From Nitrospirota bacterium (GTDB lineage Bacteria; Nitrospirota; CAKKRA01; 9FT-COMBO-42-15), in NCBI GenBank assembly GCA_023248415.1, contig JAHFEP010000002.1:1-33078 (forward strand): a DNA stretch of 33,078 nt, read 5' to 3'. The translations under genes were made by a program, and so were the position numbers. The notes under the pieces were generated by a model. The model saw only the letters and a list, made by a program, of their open reading frames with translations, did not search any database and was not told the DNA's origin. Below, piece by piece: positions 15,329-22,546 of the stretch. Positions within the stretch are counted from its first letter, which is position 1. Each line of letters opens with the position of its first letter.

Positions 15329-16570
15329 TCACACCACCCACGGTATAAACCTGTGCTTCACCTTTTTCACATACTCCCTGTATTCCTCAAACTTGCCGAG
15401 GTGCCGTTCTTCTGTAATGGCGCGGAGGATGTATATGACATTCCACATAATATGCCCAAAGAGAAAATCAATCCTCCAGAACTCCCTGTAAAACCCTGCC
15501 TGAACCCACCAGAGCAGAAGCTTAAAGGTTGTGCCAGGGTGCCTTATCATTCCATACAGTCCTCTTGTCTGAAGTTTCTTAAATGTAATATTTGCAATAG
15601 AAGGGCCAAGTGAGCAGTCTGCATATACATGGAAGACAAGGACTGTTATCTCTAATATCTTAATAAAATAAATGAAGGTAATATCCTGTAAAAAGATTGA
15701 ATCAGGATTTTTGCTGGCAGCAAATGGGCCAAAGGGAAAGAGTGTACCTGTAATATTATTTATTGGTGCATAGCAGGCAAGGCACACAAGCCAGCCGCCA
15801 ACTGTCATGTCAATTGAGCGGCTCCTGTTCTCTATCCATCTTGATTCAATGCAATAGCTCATAGAGGCATTGAGGGTATCTGTAAGCCATAGGATGGCTG
15901 ATGTCCACATTAGTATTGTAAGAAAATCGTAGCCCTTGAAATTGCCTTCAGAAAATCTTATTGAGTCATTGATATTTACATATACCTGAATTACCATGAA
16001 CGGGATAAAGTAGCCCCTCATAAGAAGATTCAGCAAAACCTTTTTGTTATATTGTTTTTTTAAAACACCAAATATGGGTCTGCTGTTATCCCTTTGGAAG
16101 ATTCTTAAAGATATCTGCTTAACGATATGAATCATCCTTATCGCAGGGTCATAAAAATCCTCTTTTGGAGAAGACTTGAATATCAGTGTTACAAAGAAAT
16201 ACGGCAGGCCGAATATTAGGTATAGTTGAAAGAAATACGAAAAAAAGGTCAGGTTCTTTTCTATCTGTTTGTAGAGCGGGTGCAGTTCGTAAAATTTATA
16301 ACCAGCATAGATAATAACAAGCCAGACAAGATACCGAGCTATTGATTTTTTGACTAATGGATAGAATTCAATCTCTTTTTGAATGGAAAAATAGCTATTG
16401 TCTTTTCTTTGTCTGATAAAATTAATAATGCCATAAACTACTGCTAATCCTAAGACTGGAACAAAAAAATATTTTTCGTGGGTGCCAATTTCTCTGAATA
16501 TCAGGAATGAAAGAATAGAAATCAGGAAGGTTGATATTACAAAAAGATGTGGTGAAATGTTATTGTGCAT
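15329..16570 (-). CDS. Polytopic membrane protein with C-terminal ICMT/PEMT-like methyltransferase domain
   Basis: ~10 TM segments. C-terminal GLYGMIRHPGTTF...EERHLGKFEEYREYVKKV resembles the isoprenylcysteine carboxyl / phospholipid methyltransferase family signature. Confidence 0.6.
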   Translation of the reverse strand: MHNNISPHLFVISTFLISILSFLIFREIGTHEKYFFVPVLGLAVVYGIINFIRQRKDNSYFSIQKEIEFYPLVKKSIARYLVWLVIIYAGYKFYELHPLYKQIEKNLTFFSYFFQLYLIFGLPYFFVTLIFKSSPKEDFYDPAIRMIHIVKQISLRIFQRDNSRPIFGVLKKQYNKKVLLNLLMRGYFIPFMVIQVYVNINDSIRFSEGNFKGYDFLTILMWTSAILWLTDTLNASMSYCIESRWIENRSRSIDMTVGGWLVCLACYAPINNITGTLFPFGPFAASKNPDSIFLQDITFIYFIKILEITVLVFHVYADCSLGPSIANITFKKLQTRGLYGMIRHPGTTFKLLLWWVQAGFYREFWRIDFLFGHIMWNVIYILRAITEERHLGKFEEYREYVKKVKHRFIPWVV

Positions 16571-16575
16571 TTATA

Positions 16576-17943
16576 TCAGAAACTTACACCTTTTGAATCG
16601 CCCAATATCTCCTTTAGCTTATCAGAAGCCTCTGTCTTTTTGTTCTCCTTCTTTGCTGAGTGCCTGCTGGCAATGACCTCAAATCCTTTATAAAATGCCT
16701 CTTTTCTCCCCTCTGGAATTTTTAACATAAAACCCTTTGGAAGAAATATTCTTGAATCAATTGCCTCTATTTGCAAAGATGGATTGAGTCGTTTTATTTC
16801 GTCCTTTGTTATGCTGCTGAATCTTTCAATATCCCTGACAAGGATACTCCTTTCAATCTGCACAACATCAACCTTTGCAGGCTGTTTGATGGAAATATCC
16901 CCGAAATAAGCCTTATAATTATTCACCACATCCAGCGCAGCCAGGAATTCTGCATAGAAGTTTTTAGAGGCAAAGCCGAATCTTCTCTGGCTGTAGTTAT
17001 TGATTATCTCCGGAAGGTGCGAAGAATTGGTCTTTTCAACTGCCCTTCTAATGCTGCCTGCGCCATGATTATATGCAGTAATTGCAAGGGGCCAGTTCCC
17101 AAGGGATTCATAATTTTTTGTAAGGAATTTTGCTGCTGCAACAGTTGCCAAAAGAGGGTCCCGCCTTTCATCAACAATACTGTTTATTTTCAGATATCTC
17201 TTGCCTGTTGCCTTTAAAAACTGCCACACGCCTGCAGCGCCTGATTTGGAATATGCATGAGGGTTAAACATGGATTCAACAAAGGTGAGCCTTGTCAGCT
17301 CCATTGGCAGGTCGTATTCCTCAAATATCCTTTCCATCTCAGAAAGATATTCGCCTGAATCTATAAGCCCTTTAATAAAAAAGTCCTTTTGTCCTGACTG
17401 CGCCCTGACCCTTTTCCCTCTCCTGTCCATCACAAATTTATCTTTATCCTCTATACTGCGGTACATCTCATAAACCCGCTTTTCCTCGTCACTCAGATTA
17501 CCTACATCCAAATTTTTTCTGGATAATTTAAGGAGGATTTTTTTATAGTAATCTTTAACCTCTTTACTCTTTCTATCTTTTACCCTTTCCTTATTCCTTT
17601 CAGATAAATCCTCATCTTTAAGATAAGCAAAGTCTAAATGGGTATATGTAATGCCCATGTATCTGCCGTCATGTATAACAACCTCATCAGAACTATACTT
17701 CGCATATATCTTCTTCCAGAACTCCACATTCTCTTTTAATTCTATGGGAATTGGAAATATCGCATTTTGCCCCTCCTCAACAAAATAATCTGCATCTGAC
17801 TCCTCTTGCTGCTCCTGGGCAGATATATCAAAATTCTCATCAGGCCTGATGCCTATGGTCATCAAAAAAACAACAAGCGCAATAAGATACCATCTCTTTT
17901 TGATATTGAAATTATATGCCTTTTTTAGTGATTTTCTTGCCAT
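16576..17943 (-). CDS. Membrane-bound lytic murein transglycosylase (MltD-like, SLT domain + LysM-like C-terminus)
   Basis: SLT catalytic motif FVESMFNPHAYSKSGAAGVWQF and AYNHGAGS. N-terminal signal anchor. 5-nt gap to the downstream gene. Confidence 0.75.
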   Translation of the reverse strand: MARKSLKKAYNFNIKKRWYLIALVVFLMTIGIRPDENFDISAQEQQEESDADYFVEEGQNAIFPIPIELKENVEFWKKIYAKYSSDEVVIHDGRYMGITYTHLDFAYLKDEDLSERNKERVKDRKSKEVKDYYKKILLKLSRKNLDVGNLSDEEKRVYEMYRSIEDKDKFVMDRRGKRVRAQSGQKDFFIKGLIDSGEYLSEMERIFEEYDLPMELTRLTFVESMFNPHAYSKSGAAGVWQFLKATGKRYLKINSIVDERRDPLLATVAAAKFLTKNYESLGNWPLAITAYNHGAGSIRRAVEKTNSSHLPEIINNYSQRRFGFASKNFYAEFLAALDVVNNYKAYFGDISIKQPAKVDVVQIERSILVRDIERFSSITKDEIKRLNPSLQIEAIDSRIFLPKGFMLKIPEGRKEAFYKGFEVIASRHSAKKENKKTEASDKLKEILGDSKGVSF

Positions 17944-18045
17944 TTATACCACTTTCCCTTATCTATGACTATACCAGACAAACCCTTTTGAGTCAAGAAA
18001 TGCAACAGATTGAATTAATTATGTTTTTTTATTTATCAGATTTTA

Positions 18046-18073
18046 TTGACAAAATATAACTCTATGATATATT
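18046..18073 (+). promoter_or_regulatory. Candidate sigma70-type promoter
   Basis: TTGACA (18046-18051), 16-nt spacer, TATATT (18068-18073). A perfect TATAAT follows at 18074-18079. Confidence 0.3.
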
Positions 18074-18110
18074 TATAATGAATATTCAATTGAATCTATT
18101 AAGGAGCACA

Positions 18111-18596
18111 ATGGAAGATATACCTTTATCAGGAAATATAAGAGACTACAGCCTGCCGCAGATATTAGAATCTTTACAAAGATTAAAAAAGACAGGCATA
18201 CTAAAGGTCAAGGCCAGTGGTGTGGAAAAGGCAGTCTATTTAAAAGACGGGCAGATTGTCTTTGCATCTTCCAATCTGATAGAAGATAGGTTGGGAGAGA
18301 TGTTAGTAAGGGCAGGCAAGATTACACCGAAGCAATTAACGACTGCTGGTAAGATATTAAAAGAAAGTGGTAGAAAATTGGGCGCTATAATGGTTGATGC
18401 TGGCTTTATAACACCAAAGCAGCTCTTCTGGGGACTGAAATTTCAGGTTAAGGAGATTATATTCACCCTGTTTCTGCTTGATGAAGGGGACTATAAATAT
18501 ACAGAAGGCGGCTATTCAAATGATATAATAGTGCTTCACATAGACACAGCAGAGCTGATTACAGAAATAATCCAGAAGATGGAAAAGGTGGGGTAA
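18111..18596 (+). CDS. DUF4388 domain protein
   Basis: LSGNIRDYSLPQILESLQRLKKTGILKV...GQIVFASS is the typical DUF4388 N-terminal pattern. AAGGAG 5 nt upstream supports the ATG at 18111 rather than the track start at 18078. Confidence 0.65.
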   Translation: MEDIPLSGNIRDYSLPQILESLQRLKKTGILKVKASGVEKAVYLKDGQIVFASSNLIEDRLGEMLVRAGKITPKQLTTAGKILKESGRKLGAIMVDAGFITPKQLFWGLKFQVKEIIFTLFLLDEGDYKYTEGGYSNDIIVLHIDTAELITEIIQKMEKVG

Positions 18597-18606
18597 CATT
18601 AAAACA

Positions 18607-18636
18607 GCAAGAGAGCAAGAGAGCAAGAGAGCAAGA
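18607..18636. repeat. 8-bp tandem repeat GCAAGAGA x3.75
   Basis: GCAAGAGA GCAAGAGA GCAAGAGA GCAAGA, lying between the DUF4388 stop and the lipoprotein signal-peptide coding region. Confidence 0.85.
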
Positions 18637-18822
18637 AAAACAGAAGGGATAATAAAAGCTCTATTATACCTTTCTTTAATTCTGATATTTTCATCCTGTG
18701 CTACACCAAAATCCATTGACAGCCTCTTAATCCTTCCTACACCAATACAGAACCCAAAATATAAGGTCTCAGGCAATACCATCATCTATGAAGACAATAA
18801 TGTCTCTGTAGTAGTAAAACAC

Positions 18823-19263
18823 TTGAACCCGTTAATGCTTAACAACTATTATATGGAAAGAAATCTTATAAACCCCTTTGCTGATTTTCCGGGAGATAAG
18901 AAATTCACAGTATTTGCTGTCAGATTCTTAAACAATTCTAAGGACAAGATAACATATAATCCCATGATGTCTGCTATGTTTGAGGGAAATGAAAAACCCA
19001 TACGGCCAATTGATGTTACAGATTTTTATATGCTCTTAAGCGAAGACCCGAATGTTGAAGCACGAATGAAGATGATTAAAAAGACAGCCTATGATGTCCA
19101 GTTTGTCTTACAGAGCAAAGAGCAAAAGGAAGCGATTCTGATTTTTCCTGCTATTGATTTGTCAACAAAGAATGTAACATTAATACTTAAAGATATGTAT
19201 TTCGGTTTTAAATGGGCTAATCTTCCCTTTGCGTTTGATGTGATGAAAAAGAAAGAAAACTAA
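18823..19263 (+). CDS. Putative lipoprotein of unknown function; the real 5' end is probably upstream (about 18649)
   Basis: The track ORF starts at TTG 18823. The same frame is open back to 18571 and encodes IIKALLYLSLILIFSSC, a signal peptide plus lipobox-like Cys, at 18649-18699. Confidence 0.6.
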   Translation: MNPLMLNNYYMERNLINPFADFPGDKKFTVFAVRFLNNSKDKITYNPMMSAMFEGNEKPIRPIDVTDFYMLLSEDPNVEARMKMIKKTAYDVQFVLQSKEQKEAILIFPAIDLSTKNVTLILKDMYFGFKWANLPFAFDVMKKKEN

Positions 19264-19274
19264 GCTCCTTTCCC

Positions 19275-19700
19275 TTCCCAATCACTATATTACGCCCTCT
19301 GTTTGATGCTGTAGAGCACTATGGCAAACCAAAATCTTTACGGACAGACAATGAACATCTCTTTACCTCATGGCTATTTAAATTCAGCTTATGGCTAATG
19401 GGTATTCGTCATCAGCTTATTGACAAGTGTTGTCCCTGGCAGAATGGACGGGTAGAGCGATTCTTTGGCACATTAAAAGAGAAGCTAAATCAATGGCAGG
19501 TAAACAATAGGGAACAACTTAATGGAGCGCTTGCTCAGTTTCGGTTCTGGTATAACCATGTTCGGCCGCATCAAAACCTGAACGGCAAAACGCCAGCAGA
19601 GGTTTGGAAAGGAATAGACATCTTTATCAGAAGACCCAAAAAGGAATACTGGTTTGAGGCATGGGATGGGCTTTTGACAGGGATATATCTGAAGATTTAA
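19275..19700 (+). pseudogene. 5'-truncated DDE (rve/integrase-core) transposase remnant
   Basis: The frame is open from 19239. YGKPKSLRTDNEHLF (second catalytic D) is followed 36 residues later by PWQNGRVERFF (catalytic E) and WYNHVRPHQNLNGKTPAEVW. The N-terminal HTH and first D are absent. It starts directly after the lipoprotein stop. Confidence 0.75.
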
Positions 19701-19854
19701 TCTGCCTATTAATTATAGTTGGCTAAAATTAGATTTGGAAAAAGAGGGTGTCCGTGGGAGGTTTGTGTTTATAAGTTAAACCTGACTGAAAATATTTCAA
19801 GGACATAAAAAAACAATACAAAAATACCGTTTAGAAGAAAAAAATTATGACAAA

Positions 19855-20019
19855 GAAGTTAAAATAACGCCTGATTACTTAAAAAAATAGCTCAAGCAAC
19901 GCAGGAAAGGTCTTACGGACAGTCGGACAGGACACAGAGAAGTTAAAATAACAGCGGATTTTCTAAAAAACAACTCAAGAATCAACAGGAACGGTCTTGC
20001 GGACAGACGGACAGGACAC
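19855..20019. repeat. Two tandem ~81-bp direct repeats (period 84 bp, ~80% identical)
   Basis: Both units run GAAGTTAAAATAAC...CTCAAG...GGTCTT(A/G)CGGACAG(T/A)CGGACAGGACAC (19855-19935 and 19939-20019). Confidence 0.8.
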
Positions 20020-20297
20020 CTCCTGCCAACTGCATCATAAGCAAGGCTGAAGCCTTGCCCTACACTGTTGATTAATGTATTAATACCTGTCAAGCGACTA
20101 TTAGAGTCGTAGCTATAACTCACCGTCGGCTGTCCCGCTACTGTCATGCTTGTCCTTCTCCCTATAGCATCGTATGTATAGTCAATAGCCCCCAGAGGTG
20201 TTACCTCCTTTATCACCTTGTCTGCAGCCCCACCACTGCAACTGCCTGTGCTGCATCCACTATTGGAATAGGTATAGGAGATAGAACCAGAGTGCAT
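20020..20297 (-). pseudogene. Rhs/YD-repeat core fragment
   Basis: YD repeats IDYTYDAIGRRTS, VSYSYDSNSRLTG and LAYDAVGRR. The frame then reads through the 81-bp repeats (CPVRLSARPF... twice), which is not Rhs sequence. Confidence 0.7.
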
Positions 20298-20329
20298 TTT
20301 ATGAGATGTGCTTCTCTAAACCAAAGCCT

Positions 20330-20887
20330 TCAGGTTGATTTATCTTCTATATCTTCTAATATGGATGTGCCAAGTCTCCTTTCTAATTTGGCAATGTAAA
20401 TTAATATAAATATCTGACTAATAAACCAAGCAATGCCACCCCCTACTGATACTATTTGTAAAAGTTGCTCCATGTGCCATTGCCGCAATCTTCTCAACAG
20501 ATGAAATGAATTAACTGCTGTGATTATTAATACCATCAATAAACCTCCCTTAAATTTAGCAAATTTAGTATCCTGTCTATAATATATAACATTACCCTTA
20601 ATCTTTTTCTCTATTACTTTTTTACATAAATAATACATCGGAATGCTTAATATTATACCAGTAAGAATTTTCTCTGGTATCTTTTTTGTCATATCACCAA
20701 CAGACAAGGATACTATCATCAACAGAAGCAAGCTCACTCCTAAGATATAGTAAGTGCTTTTTTTAAATAATCTGCCTTTAAAAACATAACTTTTTGCAAT
20801 CAAGCGCCATATAATAAGAATTATCATTCCTATTACTGCAACAACTAAATTCATAATGTGCCTCACTATGCCTGTAATAACAAGCAA
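20330..20887 (-). CDS. Polytopic membrane protein, candidate immunity protein for the upstream Rhs C-terminal domain
   Basis: 185 aa with ~5 TM segments. It starts 18 nt after the Rhs-CT stop. No recognisable family. Confidence 0.45.
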   Translation of the reverse strand: MLVITGIVRHIMNLVVAVIGMIILIIWRLIAKSYVFKGRLFKKSTYYILGVSLLLLMIVSLSVGDMTKKIPEKILTGIILSIPMYYLCKKVIEKKIKGNVIYYRQDTKFAKFKGGLLMVLIITAVNSFHLLRRLRQWHMEQLLQIVSVGGGIAWFISQIFILIYIAKLERRLGTSILEDIEDKST

Positions 20888-20905
20888 CAGATATTTACTA
20901 TCATT

Positions 20906-21625
20906 TCAATTGCAGCACCAATCATTCCCAGGTGGACAATAAGGGTCTACGGGTGGTCTAGGCGGACCGGGGGGCTTAGGCGGCTTGGGTGGATGACACC
21001 AGTAATCACATCCATATATACAAAAAATAGACGTACCAGCCCAACAAAGTGCTGTACACACTGGCATATATGGTCCAGCAGTTGCGCAAACATAGGCACA
21101 ATACATCGTCCCCCCTCCTCCACAAATAAGGCCACATGCAACATCACAACCTGTTACTTCTAATCCAAGGGGGTCAGTAAAGTTTATTGGCCGATTTCCC
21201 ACATAACTGAAAAAGTTAATATCTCCACCTTTTAATCTTATCGGGTCTTCTGATATAAACCTCTGCAGTTCAGGCGAGTAGTATCTTGCCCGATAGTAAT
21301 ACAACCCAGTCCCATTATTCTCTCTACCTGTGTATTGAAAAGGATTATCACTTGCCTCGCCTGTTATTGTTACAGCGCCAAAGGGGTCATAGGAGTAAGT
21401 TGTTTTAACTGCTCCTGTATTGTCTGTCAATGCTATCACTGAACCCAAAGCATCAGTCTGATAAAAGCGCAATGCGTTAGGCGTGATGCGGGCAAGAGGC
21501 TCGTCAATGTTCAATGTGCGGATGTAATTAATAGACACAGCTCCGCCCTCAATCTCCTGCACTATATCTAAACCATCATAAAGATACTGCTTTGTGATGC
21601 CGTTGATGGTCTTTTCTACGGACAC
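20906..21625 (-). CDS. Orphan Rhs C-terminal module: last YD repeats, DPxG-x19-DPLGL cleavage motif, 84-aa Cys/Pro-rich C-terminal domain
   Basis: YYYRARYYSPELQRFISEDPIRLKGGDINFFSYVGNRPINFTDPLGL, then EVTGCDVACGLICGGGG...HPPKPPKPPGPPRPPVDPYCPPGNDWCCN. GTG start with AAGGAAAG upstream. The Rhs N-terminus and most of the core are absent. Confidence 0.75.
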   Translation of the reverse strand: MSVEKTINGITKQYLYDGLDIVQEIEGGAVSINYIRTLNIDEPLARITPNALRFYQTDALGSVIALTDNTGAVKTTYSYDPFGAVTITGEASDNPFQYTGRENNGTGLYYYRARYYSPELQRFISEDPIRLKGGDINFFSYVGNRPINFTDPLGLEVTGCDVACGLICGGGGTMYCAYVCATAGPYMPVCTALCWAGTSIFCIYGCDYWCHPPKPPKPPGPPRPPVDPYCPPGNDWCCN

Positions 21626-21638
21626 TATTTCTTTCCTT

Positions 21639-22142
21639 CTACTTCTTCATAGATGTTTTCTTCAATATCAATTTTCCCAGTGCAATACCAATACCTATAT
21701 AAACTAAAACATCAAAAAAGGTAGTAAGTGTATCCCTAAGAAAATTAATAGTAATAGTGGATACAACAATAATACCCCCATCTGGCATTTTAACCTGATT
21801 GTATGACTGATTGTATGGAAAGAGAATTTCAAATATTCCTGAGATAGGTTTTAAAATCCAACCTGCTCCTCTTAACAAAATATGAGCTAAATAACTTGAG
21901 AAAAGCGAAGTATATACTGCAAGCACATTGAAGAGAATCAAGAATAAAGTCCCCACCACATTTAGCAATAAACCTATTCGTGCCCATTTCAGCCAGCCTG
22001 ATGCCTTTGGGAAATACTTGTTCGGCAAAAAAAGCAACAAAAATCCAACCCAAAAAAAGAATATTGATGGCATCTTTCCACCACTTAAGAAAGGAGCGAG
22101 AAATCCACAGATAATAATTAAAAAGCCCAAGAAATTAATCAT
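21639..22142 (-). CDS. Polytopic membrane protein, candidate immunity protein
   Basis: 167 aa with ~5 TM segments. It starts 38 nt after the second Rhs-CT stop. No recognisable family. Confidence 0.45.
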   Translation of the reverse strand: MINFLGFLIIICGFLAPFLSGGKMPSIFFFWVGFLLLFLPNKYFPKASGWLKWARIGLLLNVVGTLFLILFNVLAVYTSLFSSYLAHILLRGAGWILKPISGIFEILFPYNQSYNQVKMPDGGIIVVSTITINFLRDTLTTFFDVLVYIGIGIALGKLILKKTSMKK

Positions 22143-22180
22143 TCTATTATTATTTTCCCCTGTCCACTTTACTCAATTTA

Positions 22181-22543
22181 TCACCGTTGACATATCGTTC
22201 TCCACACGTTGGGAAGGGTCGTAGGGAAAAATATCATAAAAGTTGTATCACCTGCGATTCGTCTTTCATATTTATCAGAGGCTGTTGTATTTTCGGTTTT
22301 AATATAACAATTGCTGCAATCATCACAACATAAATAATAAATTGTAATATACCTCTTCATCCATCCTACCTCATATTTCCCCCAGTAACAATATCCAAGG
22401 ACTCCTTCAATCCTAGTTTCCCTACTTTCTACTCGCCACTCTGTTCGCCAAATGTCAAATTGATAGCCTGTTGTTGTCGACCATATCGGTACACAAAATA
22501 GGCCTAATGGATCAACCCAATTAATGACAGGACAGGACAGGAC
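22181..22543 (-). pseudogene. Rhs 3' remnant: ...INWVDPLGL followed by a 105-aa unrecognised C-terminal domain
   Basis: DPLGL is encoded at 22513-22499 and the CT at 22498-22181. The track ORF's N-terminus (to 22579) lies inside the inserted element, so there is no native start. Confidence 0.6.
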
Positions 22544-22546
22544 AGG
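22527..22546. repeat. Pentanucleotide microsatellite (ACAGG)x4
   Basis: ACAGGACAGGACAGGACAGG lies directly against the left inverted repeat of the Y1 element. It is read as PVLSCPV in the Rhs remnant frame. Confidence 0.85.

Noticed and set aside
18607-18636. 8-bp repeat as a slipped-strand phase-variation switch linking an upstream start codon to the lipoprotein frame
   Set aside because: I checked all three frames upstream. The only ATG and GTG (18579, 18588) are in the DUF4388 frame and terminate at 18594-18596 before the repeat, so no repeat number would connect them.
19791-19805. AATATTTCAAGGACA as a third, solo copy of the Y1-element end (shares AATATTTCAAG with the IR-proximal sequence)
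   Set aside because: It is only an 11-nt A/T-rich match found post hoc, and the diagnostic CTTGACCCT part of the IR is missing.
19855-20019. Possible CRISPR array or integron attC sites
   Set aside because: There are only two directly abutting ~81-bp units with no spacers and ~80% identity. No cas or intI gene is present, and I could not find an attC-type R/L box symmetry.
19875-20019. C-terminal half of track ORF 19875-20297 as genuine coding sequence
   Set aside because: This part is a read-through of the two 81-bp repeats, giving the duplicated peptide CPVRLS(A/V)RPF. Only 20020-20297 has YD-repeat character.
20906-21160. Cys-rich CT as a sactipeptide- or RiPP-like precursor (the C5/C9/C13 spacing resembles hairpin sactipeptides)
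   Set aside because: No radical-SAM maturase, leader-peptidase or export genes are present in the window, and the domain is fused to an Rhs cleavage motif. The spacing similarity is noted only as a curiosity.
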